Source: Lama glama (lineage: Eukaryota). From it: DNA of 64,000 bases. Shown here in pieces: positions 1-13,030 of this stretch. The translations under genes and the position numbers were made by a program. The notes under the pieces were generated by a model. That model was not told where the DNA came from. It did no database searches and saw only the letters and a list, made by a program, of their open reading frames with translations. Position 1 is the first letter of the stretch, and every line of letters begins with the position of its first letter. The DNA is taken from positions 40,302,001 to 40,366,000 of the forward strand of contig CM052816.1 of NCBI GenBank assembly GCA_028534125.1, read 5' to 3'.

Positions 1-315
1 ATAGACACCATGTGTCTCCAGATATGATATAATAAAAAGCATATAGAAAGATCTATGTGGTATTTCTGCTCAGAACGCATACCCAGAATCTAATTATGAG
101 GAAACATCAGAACATCACTTAAATATAAAGTGAGAGGGATGAATCCTTCTATATCTATATTGTGAGAGGGAAAGAGAGAACACAGGAGAACAAATGAAGT
201 AAAATGTTAAGGACAGGTGATTCTAGATAAAAAGTTTAGAATATTCTTTGTACTATTTTATTCTTGTAACTTTTCTGTAGATTTGAAATTATTCTCAAAC
301 AAAAAGTTTTTTTTA
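1..315 (+). mobile_element. Old L1 (L1MC/ME-type) 3' end fragment
   Basis: cagaatctaattatgaggaaacatcaga and ttctttgtactatt...aacttttctgtagatttgaaattatt resemble L1MC 3' UTR motifs. Confidence 0.6.
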
Positions 316-479
316 AAGTAATGCATGAATATATGCACTTTGAAGAAAAACAAAATCAAATAACACAGAAGTATACAGAAGAAAAGTGAAAATGAAAATG
401 AACTGCCAACCTCCCAACCTCACCTTTTCCCCACTAGAAGTAGGTTTCAAAAAATAAGGATTTAAAAAAATTTTCTGTT

Positions 480-1330
480 TTGTTGCTTTAATGTATCCTA
501 AGAACCAAGGCCAGTACCTGGCATTAAACAGTTGTTATATAAACTAGCTGCTCTATCATTTGTTTATTGGATGAATAAATGAATGAATGAATAGGTAAGC
601 ACAGTTAACAATTTACTGTTCTCTATCTAGACATATGTATGTTAAAAGTTTTTCCTGTTTTTCAAGTAAATGGTGTCTAAAAAACTCCAGATGATTTAAT
701 TATCAATTATCATTGATAATTATCCATTATCATTACCCCTGAAACCTCTTCTCCACTATTATTACCATTTTGCTCTCTTTCACCCTCCAAACACAATACC
801 TAAATCTTGTTGAGAATATCTTCCAAAACCTCTTCAATAATTTACTCCTCTCTACTTCCCTTGCTACCACCTAGCACAGGCCACCCCATGGATGTGTACC
901 ATCTAACTGGTTTTCTTCCTGGTTGCCTTACTCTTTTCCAACGTATGCACAGTAATCTTCAAAACACAGCTTTGATTATGTTTCCCCTGTCTTAAAATTT
1001 TCCAAGTGCCTTTCTGTAACCTGTAGAAGAATTTCTAACTGATTAACATGGATCACAATCTGCCTTCTGATTCTTTGTTCTGCCTTACCCATCATTCTTT
1101 CTTTTGCATTCAAAGCTCAAAAATCATTCATTCACCCATTCTTGTATTTCACACATATTAATACAGTATCTATTTAAATTCTTTTATTTTCTGGAATACA
1201 CTATCTTCTCTTTTGCTTCTGGTACCTTGTGCCTGCAGTTCTCTCTCCAACCCCTTCCCCTGTGTCCACCTTTCATTCTGCTAATTTTTACTCATTTCTC
1301 AAGTCTCAGTTTACGTATCTCTTCCAAAAG
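480..1330 (+). mobile_element. L2 LINE fragments
   Basis: cagtacctggca...atgaataaatgaatgaatgaat tail (510-592) and a pyrimidine-rich L2-like body (780-1330). Confidence 0.5.
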
Positions 1331-3131
1331 GCTTTTCTGGACCATTCGTTTTTGGTTCTGTGTTCTGAGCCCCCACTATATGATCTGATTATATACACTC
1401 CAGTCAAACAGCATCAATAGTTCTCCAGTGACAGCAGGGTAATACCAAACTCCTTAAAAAGTTACAAAACTCTTCATATTTCCCTCAAATAACAAACTAA
1501 CACACCAAATCCTTGCACATCCCTGTAACCTGCCACAGCTGATCCTCATGTGAAATATCCTGCATATATAAACACACAGGTACACACAACAGGCTGCATT
1601 CTAGACATTTTCTGTTCGCATGCCCTGAACAAACGACGTCCTCCACAACTACCAAACTTTGGGTAGTTGCTGCTGACTATAACAACCTTTGTCTTTAGTC
1701 CAGCACACTTGAAATAGATGAAATAGTATTTTGAAATACTTCAAATCCAGTTCCTCTTTGGAAACAACCTGGACTTCCTAAGTCAACAACTTCCTTTTTT
1801 GTCTTCCCTTTCTCTGTATGTAAGGAAGAGATACCTCATATGCACTTAGCTTTTTAAAATTCTATAAATCCTACACTTTTTGAATACTATAAAAACTCTG
1901 CAGAAAATTAAAAGAAAGAAGTAATATAAAAAGTGAGACTCTACCCCCATCCTACTCAATGAGCACCTTCTGTAGGGTGAGCTCAAGGTGAGAGAAATGA
2001 TGAGCTGTTCCCTCAGTCTCGGTTCCCAGCTGTATTTCACAATTATTCTTACTATAATTCTAGTATATAAAGATAAGTATCTGTTACACACAATGGCTCC
2101 TAAACGCTTCAACTGGTTCACACTTAAAGAAGGAGGCAACAACGGGCAATATTAGATTTAATGGGAATTGGACAATACTTCAGAGGCAATTTAAAGGCTT
2201 TTGGGGGGTTATATTTGAATGTTCTAAATAAATACATTCTTGTGTATTTTATTCATGTTTATTTTCACTAAAAGACTGAGTTCCTTATGAACAAATTCAA
2301 TTGTTTTGTTCATGTTTGTATATCTAGTTTCTAATACAATTTTGCATGTACATCTAGCATTTTATGACTGAATTACCAGTAACTAAAAGCTCATATATAT
2401 ATTTGATTTTATAGCCCAATTTTTGTTGAGTCCTGTCTTTTGATCCCCAGATTTCTGTTTCTCTTTGTGTTTGTAGCTGCTTCTGGACTCTGGTTTTTTC
2501 TAATCCAAATAATTCCTCCTCTATTTCAACATGCCTTTTTCTATTGAGGGGGATCTTTATTGCCTCCTTTCCCCATTCTGTTTGCATTGGAACAAGTCTA
2601 TGCCTATGTAATTTTGTTTATCCAAATCTCTCAGGAAAAATCTTAACACTCAGTGAGAATAGATCTGAGAATAGACATAGCCACACTTTTCAGACCATAG
2701 ACCATTAGTCCTCCAACTTTGCCAGAAACACTGTTAACTAATAGAATAACCTAGACTAAAACCAAAATATTTTCAAAATGCAAAAAGAAAATCAAGTTTA
2801 TTATTATTTCTCTCTCTCTCCCCCACCGCCCATACATACACAAAATTAATACATATTTTACCAGTTAACTATATAGCAGTTAAAAGGACAAAGCTCTGCA
2901 AGGAGATCTACAGTAAAGATTTCTTTGGGGGATGATATTCTCTTGTTTATGTCTACTTTAGCAAAGCAATGAGAATGTAAGCTATTGGTTGGGTAGCACA
3001 AAGAACTTCATTAAACAGAACTGAGTATAACTGTTTAGGATAAAAACTGTTAAATAAAATTCTACTTTATTTTTTCAATTTACTTTTTCAGTTGCCTCCT
3101 AATTTATGGAATTAAACTGCTTAACACTTAC

Positions 3132-3266
3132 CTTCGAGGATGATTGGCATCAAACAGTGTGTTATCATCATCCTCATCATCTTGTTCCAAAGGTGTCAAC
3201 TCCATATTTTCAATGTTAGTGTCCAGAACTCCATATCTCCTAGTCTTTCGGTTTCTTCTTCTCATC
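3132..3266 (-). CDS. FAM174A: FAM174A coding exon 2 (cytoplasmic tail)
   Basis: Acceptor ...ttctttaatatgtcctatttaatAG|G; 135 nt, phase-compatible with exon 1. Encodes (R)[44 protein letters not shown](R), followed by perfect donor AG|GTAAGT at 3131. Spliced product about 193 aa from the first ATG. Too short for the ORF track. Confidence 0.96.
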
Positions 3267-5851
3267 CTATTAAATAGGACATATTAAAGAATAAAAATTA
3301 TTTGAATGTAGCATAGATGATCTTTATATTTATTTGTAAACTAAAAATTATCCTTGTTTCAGACATGGGAGGCATTCAATATCAGAATGGTTGCATTTCA
3401 GAAATGCAACCAATTTACTACCTACGATTATTCACTAAACAAAGCCTACTCATGTATGTTTGTGTGTCATCACCATTTCTTCTGACATACTTTCTTCTCT
3501 GTCAGCTTATAAGGTTGAAAGACTTTTAACAGTAAATCACAGAAAAACTAAGAACAGAAATGATTAAACTATTGACACTGGAAGTAGGAACAGAAAAGTA
3601 CAGGGGAGTTATAGTTCACTACTGGTCCTTTTGAACCACATGACTTAATGACATGTGCATGTATTGCTTTGACCTAAAAAAGCGAATACACAAGTGTGAA
3701 ACCAACTGGCAGAATAAGGTAAGGATATTCAGTTATAATTTATTCTCTTCCCTTTTGCCAGTCAGTTGCTCAGTTTTCTAAATCACATGGCTTTCCAAAC
3801 ATTCTGGCATTTTCAGTCAACAAAGAAGAAATGAGTATCATGTGAAATTATTTTTGGAAATAAATCAGATTCTTGCAGTCATATATAATATATCAAATTG
3901 TCAATATATTAATAACCAGGTCATTGCCAGTCACAGGATACCGTGGCAAGTCTTTAAAATGGAAATGATACGAACATGTAGAGCTTAAGGACTTTTGAAA
4001 TTTATCTCAGCTCACTTCTCTCTTCTCCACTTTCAAGGTCATCATCATACCCTAGATGAATTCTCAGTCTTTCAAAGAGTGACTATTCTAATCTGCCTAA
4101 TAATGCTATCTTCTCTATCTGTGTATAGTGTAAATATTTGACTGCATTGGTGTGAGCACTTTATTAATTATTCTAGCTAATACTGTCCTTTAATCGTGTA
4201 TACAACTACTACCTTCCAAACAGGAATCCAAACTCCTTAATAAGAACTTATTTCATAAGCAGAGACAGTGCACTCTTAGGCACCAAATCAATGGGGGAAT
4301 GCAGTTCAATTAAAATGAATTTAGTATTTTAGTAAATGTTACTAATTCATATAAGTCAAATAGAAACCTGTATACTGTTGAATAGAATTTAAACTTGAAA
4401 TGTAACTTCCCTCAAAATATCTTTCCTAAGTCCAAAGATATAAGCAGTGATGGCTACATGATCATGACAGCTTTACGGACATAAAAACATCAAATATAAT
4501 AAAACACCTATTTATATCCATGTGCAGTGAGTTTTCTCAGGGGAAGCCAGAAACACCTGTAAAGCTATACATTTATTGGGCTGAGTCAGTCAAACATCTA
4601 TGTAAAATACTAACAAACTTTAAGTATAAAACACAACACACATAAAAATATACTGAAATTTTAGGTAAAAAGGCTACTTTCATTTTTTAATATGCAGTCT
4701 CCATTATTTTTAAACCAAAGAGTAAAGGAGGATTTAAACTTCATGCAATTTTAACATGTGTGGTTCTTTTCCTACAAATGAACCTTTTCATTAAGCTCAT
4801 GATGCCCAAACTTGCCTATATATATATATTGATAATGACATACATAAAATTACAGATATGTGTACTTTCCTATTAGGTATATTAAATATATACTGGAATC
4901 TGAAAATAAATTTTGTTGACTCTTAGTTAACAAAAACAATTGAGACTTTATAAATGTGTAGAGAGGAAAATATGGAAGCCTAAGAAACACAAGAAAATAG
5001 CAATATGGTTTATTACATTGAATTATATTCATTCATCACATGGCATGGCCTGGTAAATGATCTTGATCAGATCCCTTCTAAGTATTCAAGTTGTTATTCA
5101 AATAGCTGTCTAAAATAGATGCAGATTCCTCAATGTTCCATTACACTCAGGTTGGTGAGAATTATTTCTGTTTAAATAACATGTAAAAGCTACAGTTGAA
5201 AAATAAAACTAAACTACTAAAGTAAGGTTGATAAAATTTTATGTAAAAATGTATGATGCCACATAAACTAAACACAACAGAATAAAACCCCACTTCATTT
5301 TACTGCTCTATGAAGGGGAGAAAACCACTCCATGTAACCTGCTGTAACGTACTACACAGAACCGATTTTCCTGTGTTAACTGAAAGCCTGTAGGGTATTA
5401 TTAACTAAGGAATTATATAAGTAATATTATTCCTTAATTTCTTCTATTGCACACTCAAAACTAGACTGAGGAATATATTATTTAGTGTATATTTTATATA
5501 CATACACTCTTCTGTGTGATAAGGCATAATGATAAAGCAGAGGAAATCTTAATAAATGTAAAACTAATGATACAGAATGTTTGCCTTGACTATTTTTGGC
5601 AAAAAAGGTAAATTAGTGACCAAGAATGGTTTTGAAACTCATTTTTTTTTGCACTGAGACAAATTGCAAATAAAGTATTGGTGAGCCACACATTTTAGTT
5701 GTCTATGATTTTTATGAAGAAATCCAACCCAATATAAAACATAAAGTAAAAATGATTTTATCTGAAATCTCTCTCATCCCATTCCTGAAACCTAACCCAT
5801 CACTTGAAATGTCAAATTCTTCAAGAAGGAGACACTAATAAGAGATAAGTA

Positions 5852-6631
5852 TGTTATGAGCTGAACTGTGTCCCCCTCAAATTCTTATGTTGAAATCCTA
5901 ACCCCTAGTTACTCAGAATATGGTCTTGTTTAAAGACAGGGTCTTCACAGAGTCATTGAAGTTAAAATTAAGTCATTAGAATGAGCCCTAATCCAACATG
6001 ACCAGTGCCTTATAAAAAGATGAAATTTAGAGACAGACATGCATACAGAGAGAATACCAAGTGAACATGAAGATGGCCCATCTAAAAGCCAAGGAAAGAG
6101 ACGTGGAACAGAACCTTCTCTGTATTAGTCTGCTCAGTTTGTCATAAAAATACCAGTTTTGATGGCTTAAACAATAGAAATGTATTTATCTCCATTCCTG
6201 AGGCTGGGAAGTCTAAGATAAAGGCACCTGCAAGGTAGGTTTTATTCTGTGGCTTCTTCCCTTGACTTGCAAGGCATTTCACTGTGTGCTCATATGACCT
6301 CTTTGTGTGCACGGGGGAGAGAGAGAGATCTGGTGTCTCTTCCTTTTCTCATAAGGGACCAGCCCTGTTGGATGAAGACCCTTCCCTTAGGACCTCATTT
6401 AACCTTTACCACCTCCTCACAGGCTTTATCTTCATATGCAGTCACATGAATTTTGGGGAGACATAAACATTCAGCCCAGAACATCCCCTCATAACTCTCA
6501 GAAGGAACCAACACTGCCAATACCTTGATTTTGAATGTCTAGCCTCCAAAACTTTGAGGTGACAAAGTTTTATTGTTTAAAGTCACCCAGTTTGTGGTAC
6601 TTTGTTATAGAAGCACTGGCAAACTAATACA
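5852..6631 (+). mobile_element. MLT1B-like MaLR LTR, split by a second MLT1
   Basis: Starts tgttatgagctgaactgtgtccccctcaaattc; ends gtttgtggtactttgttatagaagcactggcaaactaataca; halves at 5852-6120 and 6484-6631. Confidence 0.8.
6121..6483 (-). mobile_element. MLT1A-like MaLR LTR, inverted inside the MLT1B-like element
   Basis: tgtattagtctgctc...ggcttaaacaatagaaatgtattt...gaggctgggaagtctaagat...aacattcagcccagaaca; degenerate 5-bp TSD ttctc/tcccc. Confidence 0.8.
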
Positions 6632-7440
6632 GTATGGAGGAGATTTATCAGGGAAATTTTATCCTCTGAAGGATAAAGAGGGAGGCAGCAGGAGATAAGG
6701 AAATCCTACAGAGGGTGATACAGGTCTGACATCTGTGAGGTAGAAAGGAAGGATGACAAGCCTAGGAAGAGCAGTACAGAAGGGCAATGCAATTCTGAGA
6801 AAGTTTTGACCAGATAGTTTAGGATGGCCTTAAGCAAAAGATGCCCATCAGAGAAGGGAGTCCTCTGTCAATCAGGATGGCCAGGTTTGGCTACACTCAA
6901 TTAACTGGCTGAAAACGGGTCATGGCCCCAGCATGGAGGCTGTGGTAGATCCAAAGCTGTGGAAGTTAGGGGCCGTCCCCAGAGCAGGGTCTTGTAAAGG
7001 GAGGTTTGATCAGGGTAACTCCATGGCAGCCACAATCACGGAGTCCTATTAATTGTACTTCCAAAGAATCACTGAAATTCACTCATAGTGCTCACCACAG
7101 CCTTGATTATTAAAATAGCTTCATAACTGTCTACCTCTACTCTGGTCACTCACCAACCTCCCCTCCATCCTCTAAAATTTTCAGTGGTTTCCTACTGCTC
7201 GGCAGTGAGTAATGATATAGCCTGTCAAGTTCAATGCAAGATGGCTCATACTTTTTTCTCCAGCTTCACCTTGCTCTTCACTCTACATTCTACTGTACTT
7301 TCTACACTCCAGTGATAAAGCCTTCCCTTATTCCCTCACAATAGCCATGTTTCTCCATCACTGGTCACCACTATATTGCTATGTTACTGCCTATTCATTT
7401 TACAGGGAAGGCTAACCTACCCTAATCTACTTAAATAGGT

Positions 7441-7450
7441 CACACACGCG

Positions 7451-7503
<53 letters not shown>
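7441..7503. repeat. Compound microsatellite (CA)3(CG)6(CA)22
   Basis: Read directly; lies within L2-like sequence (~7050-7710). Confidence 0.97.
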
Positions 7504-7506
<3 letters not shown>

Positions 7507-9287
7507 CTATTGGCTTCCATATCACCCACATACATCTCTAAAGTACTTATCAAAGATGTACTTGCACATTGATTTGTGTAACTACTGGTCTTCTCTATTA
7601 GACCATTAATTTCCTGGGAGCAGGAAACAGATCTGTTCTTACTACTATGCCTACAACACACAAGGATTGGCATAAAGCAGATGGCTTATAAACATCTGCT
7701 AAATTATTCAACCGAAATATACAGATTCACATATATCTTGCATTTTCTCTGTATAACAAAGATACCTACAATTTTATATGCAAATCATCACTTCTGGTAT
7801 AAGAGAAGCCTGAAAGAACATCATCTCCAGAACACACCAGAGCAAAACCTAAGGGAGCTAGCCAATTTTAAAATTGTAATTTGGATAAAAGCCTTCTGGC
7901 TCAGGATACACACACATACATAAAGTACTAGAATAATTAAGCATATTAAATATGCATTCACTCCAGGACCTTTAAGATACTCATTTAGGATGTTTTAGGA
8001 TTAGCCTACCTGTTTTAGCCCAGGTGATTTTCATACACTGCCTAAATTAGAACCACCAATATTCATCTTGTATACTGTGCTGTGGAGTTTTATTTTTATC
8101 TTTTGGGTATGGACATTTACCATATTCTAACATGTAGTTATCCTTCATTTACACAGTAAATAATTGAAGTTTATCCTTTTAAAAGCCAAACTGCTGTTTT
8201 TCTTTTAAAACCTCAGCCTTCTCCATGGAGCCATATCCAATGCTACAGCTCTCCCTGCCTTAATATACAGGATAAAATGAGTTAACTTTACTCTTTTTGA
8301 TCTCTTAGGATCATTATGATTATTCCACTTTAATGTAAATCATGGTGCTGTCATGAGCTATTGATTCCAAGTTGACAGATTATACTATGCTTCTGAGTTC
8401 CTTTGGCTTTTTTTCAGTTATGTGTGGGTCTTCTCTATCAGCCTATCAGTTACCAGCTCTGTCACTGTCACAACCTTGATCAATTGTAGCACTAAATGGA
8501 ACATTCCCCAACAGGGAATCTTTGTTTAGACTCCCTTCCTGCTCATCTCCAGTAAAATGTTCACTGCTAACACCTAAAAGTTAGGTTTTTTTTGTTTTTT
8601 GTTTTTTTTGGGTTTTTTTTGGAAAAGATCATATGTATAGTCATCTATGTTTAGGATACTGCAATTTTGTTTTCTCTGATAGACCCCTTTTCTCAACCAG
8701 CTCCTTGTAATTCAACATATATCATCAGCTCTTGTGTTTAGATTTTATCTCCCATTTGATGGTATTTTGGTGGGTACTCCCAAGTGAAGTAAACCCAAAG
8801 TAAATGTCATATATGACGTGTCCTGTGTGAAAGTGCACAGCACATAGCTCCCTTGTCATCTCTCCTCTTTGTCTTTACATGCATGTCTTGGTATTTTCTT
8901 TTAGGCCCTAAAGCTAGGAATATGAAGTTTGATGATTCTCCTGACAGTCACTTCTAACCAGTTCAGCATGAGTTTATTTCCCAGCCAACTTTAAAGTCTT
9001 ATTTATAAACCAGTATTGCCAAGATTCATTCCACCTTCCCTTTGACCGGCTCTAACCAACACTCTAGCAGATTTCCCTTACAATCTCCTTTTCCCCCCTT
9101 TCCCTTTGCTCCTTCCTAGCCTTGTCAGACCTAACCTCTTGCTGATTACACTTATAATTTCAGAGGTCAGACACCAGAATGTGGTATGGGAGAGGTATGA
9201 GAAAATACAGTAAAACTCCCAAAATATATTACAATGGTAATTCTAGATACAAAAGAAAAAAAAACCAAAACCCCAAACACTCTAAGA

Positions 9288-9505
9288 ATAGTTACTATTT
9301 ACTGAATGTGCACATATGTCAGGCATTGAGCTAAGCAGCTTACAAGCATTACCTGATGTAATCCTCACAACAATCCTGTAAGTATCCTCATTTTACCTAC
9401 AGAAAGTCAGGGCTTAGAAAAAATTTAATTTGGGACGGTAAATGGTAGAGCTAGGATTCAAACACAAGCAATTTGATTCCCAGGTCTGGGTTCTTAAACA
9501 TTAAG
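9288..9505 (-). mobile_element. MIR SINE
   Basis: tatttactgaatg...gtcaggcattgagctaagc...aatcctcacaacaatcctgtaag...tggtagagctaggattcaaac. Confidence 0.75.
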
Positions 9506-9742
9506 TTATATTGTCTTCCTAATGATTCAGAGTAATTCTAACCAAGGTCACAAAATTAGCCACCAAACAGTCTTAATGATCCCTAACACAATGACCTTAT
9601 ATTATACCAGACTGGGTATATGTTTTAGTGAATTGCATTTTCTGGTTCATCCTTTCATGATTAAAAAGTAGTAACTTGGTAGCTACTTGCAGTAACAAGT
9701 ACAGTTATGTTCTTCTGGTTAGGGTATCTCAGTTTTGATCAC

Positions 9743-10263
9743 TGTAACAGAATCTGCTTTTTGTTTATCCTAAAGGAAACTCTTTTTCTGCCTTAACAGA
9801 ACCATGATTTTGTTCAGGCTGCAATTGAGCCCAGCCCTAAGAGATATATAGTGATCATAATTGGGGCAAATCGATCATGAAAATGTAATTTCTTTTTTTG
9901 TCAGTCATTGTTTAGGGCTAAGCAGATGAAGCAGTTCAAACAAATGAAATAGAGGGGATACCTCAAGTAGTGGGGTTTCTGGGAAAGATTTTTCTCCCTG
10001 ATAAAAAAAGAACACAGGAAGAGAAGGCCTCTTTTCAGGCTCCCTTCTCTCCTTCCTGTTTGAGATTACTGTTGTGTGAAAACATAATGCTTAAAGCTGA
10101 GGTAGCCATCCCATGGTGACACAAGGATGGAAAAAGCCAGGTTTCTTGATAATCTCACAAAGTCACTGACTCAAGCCTGGGCCTGATCATATTCATGGTG
10201 AGAAATAACAAAGTCACATTTAATTGGATATTCTGTTACAGGTAAAAACCTCCTAACTGATAA
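9743..10263 (+). mobile_element. Old MLT1 (J/I-like) MaLR LTR
   Basis: TG start, aacagaaccatgattttgttcagg, and 3' end ttctgttacaggtaaaaacctcctaactgata. Confidence 0.6.
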
Positions 10264-10748
10264 GGGCACTAAGCATCAGAGATTCTCTGAGTTAGGTTGT
10301 CAATCTACCATCAACCAAATGTGTGTGTGTTTCTGATTGTCTTTAAAGACTCTGGATTTAAAGGTGGCCCATATGATAACTTGTCCAACTACTTCTTTAC
10401 ATAGTCCACATTCTATAAACACTCCCCAACCATTGTGTCATACATGCAAATGGTTTACTGCCCTGCGAAACAAAGATCCCCTCAGTCCTTTGGAATAGCT
10501 AACAGGGTCCAAGGTAGACAGAGATAAGGACAAAGAGTCTCAAGCATTTACCCCACATGAATATCAACTTCTAGGTATGGCATGACATGGAAAAGGTTGG
10601 GAAGCATTGCCCTGGCCCCGATTCCCCAACAAAATAACCTCATTACTTTTATCTCTCAGAACTGTACACATGATAAATATTACTTAAAGACAGAAAATCC
10701 TGTTATCACACATAGAAGAACAGACTAAAGAGATAGTATTAGAAGCAC

Positions 10749-10845
10749 AAAATCATCTGTGTGAAACTTTTGAAAATTGTAAAGCAGTACAGAATTTAAA
10801 GAATCTTTCATTCAGTTAAATGAATAAATAGACAGATAAATAAAA
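10749..10845 (+). mobile_element. Heavily 5'-truncated L1 (L1_Art-like 3' end)
   Basis: tgtgtgaaacttttgaaaattgtaaagcagtacagaatttaaagaatctttcattca plus A-rich tail; perfect TSD AGAAGCAC at 10741-10748 and 10846-10853. Confidence 0.8.
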
Positions 10846-12714
10846 AGAAGCACTTTCAGAAGTCTAGATTATGTCCTTATAGAAGAAAAGGGGGGGATCA
10901 GTGGAAGAGATCAGAAATTCAGGGAGCAGTTATTATGTGCTGGAAACTGTGCTAAGTACGTTCTATAGATCCTTGAAACAATCCTTTCTAGTAATTACTA
11001 CCATTTTCTGTATTTTACAAAACCTGAGCTGAACCTTCAAACTGTCATGCAACTCATCCAGGAGTAACTACACAGCTCTTGGGATTAGTACTCAAGAGAG
11101 TCTGGCTTCCCGTAAGGCTATACTGAAACAGGATAAGGATAGTATAATGGAATAGAAGTCAATAGAGGAAAATTACTCAAGAATTAAACGACTGGTAACA
11201 AACTCAGTCCAACCATTCAGAATGAAGACACTTCCAGTAGAATAAAGAACATTTGATAATTTAGAGGTGATTAGGGACCTAGTCCAATTGCAGGACACTT
11301 TTGAGCCAGGCCTAGGGACTGGCATTTTAAACCACTGGGTTAAAAAATATCTAGCAAGGTGGGTATGAATAATTTATATTCCTCCTTGAAGCCTAGAGCA
11401 AAGATGGACTGGGGAGGTGTACATAAGTTGTTTTCAGTAACTGTATCCTTTTCCTTTTTGCACTCATCTTCCTTTATTGGTAGTATCTCTACCACAAGAC
11501 ACAGTCTGATGAGCTAATAGGTGGACCTAATATTTTTCCTTCCATGGAATTTGATTCCTGAGCTGAGGGACAAAGAGACTGAAAACTACTTCATACCCAT
11601 TCAATGAAATGGTCCTACAAAGAAACCTCTATGGCATTTTGGTGTCTTGTCTCCTAAGCTGACTTAATTACTGCCTGCTCCCAGAACCTGATCCCCCAGT
11701 TTCTCTTTGACTTTCTGAGATCTCAGAATTCTTTCACTAAATGCCCATTCGTTAGCCAGGGTTGTTTTATGTGTTTAACCAAAATAGTAACTGATATAAG
11801 CAGTAATCTCATCTTTCTTTAATATTAGACAGAAGTGTAAAAGGAAAAGTATACAGGAGGAAATAGAAGAGGGGTGTTATTTCTTTTGAAAAACCTGATA
11901 AAATAAGTATTTTCACTACCTGAACATTTATTTTCTCAGTCTAATCAAACCTAGTTTATTCATTAAATGTCTGGGTGAAAACACTTCTTAGTCCTAGATG
12001 AAAAATGGTAATAGCCTCTGTTCTCAAGTTTTTGAGTCTTCCCCAGCAACTTAATTTCACACTGATCCCTTACGAGAATTAACTAAGAATGCTCATTTGT
12101 TAGGCAACTAGTTATTCATAGCCTGTCAGTGTTGAACATAGTGCTACCGACTGGTGATATAGTAGAGACTAAGACAGACAACGAGCTTTTTCTCATAAAG
12201 ATTATATATTAATCTTAGGAAGCCTATGCTGTTCCTTCTATATATATTTCAATTTCTACAGAGAGAATCTAATTGTTCTTTGGAATATTTACAGACTCAG
12301 AGGGGAAGTTATTTCTAGTTATGTATTTATTATAACTAAATTAGATTAAAACAAAACAATATGGAAGTTTCATGGAGTTCAAGTATTTTACAAGTAAAAT
12401 ATTCTCAGTGTTTTTTCATACCAGTTAATGCCCCATTTTTCTCCCTTGGCACAAATAAATAATGCTGGTGTGCTGTCACATATATTCTGGAAGTGCGGGG
12501 TCAAAATGCGCATTTACCAAAATGAATGTTTTCATCTCATAATCTGGAAGCACAAAGTATGAGCTCTGAACATTGTCCAGACGTTAGCTTCAATCAAGCT
12601 TCAAATATCAGGTCGCCAATTAAATTTAGGACTTGGACTGAATGAATGTACTAGATGCTGGTTAACGAATGCAGTTTTTCTTAGCTATAGGTTCAGAATT
12701 TGGCTGTTATATCA

Positions 12715-12761
12715 TCATATAATGGGTCCCTCATATAATGGGTCCATCCATAATGAGTCCA
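12715..12761. repeat. Three copies of a ~16-bp unit (tcatataatgggtcc[c/a])
   Basis: Units at 12715-12730, 12731-12746 and 12747-12761 (third degenerate). Confidence 0.85.
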
Positions 12762-13030
12762 TTATTTATATGTGTATGAAACATAATATTTAGGATACTC
12801 TGGATCTTTAAAGGAACTATACATTAAATAATAACTGTGTAGTGACAAAAATAATTACTGCTTCAATTTTTTTTCTAGTATTTCTTTATATCAGGAAAGT
12901 CTTAGTTTGCTGGTAATATGTCTATAACACCTTATGAACATTTTCTAATTTTCTCTTTGACAGAAAGTGGGTGTGCACTTGTGTGTTTTTGTGAACCAGT
13001 AGTATATACTTCAAATAATACTGTTTCCAC

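Larger units (their letters stand above)
5810..7034 (-). mobile_element. LTR16-family (ERVL) solo LTR, interrupted by MLT1 elements
   Basis: Reverse complement begins TGTGGCTGCCATGGAG at 7034; body 6632-7034 with gaaggataaagagggaggcagcagg...caggtctgacatctgtga; short remainder at 5810-5853. Confidence 0.6.

Noticed and set aside
1..3131. Search for FAM174A terminal exon 3 within the window
   Set aside because: No convincing acceptor plus UTR identified, and much of the region is L1/L2 debris; the exon probably lies beyond the left edge.
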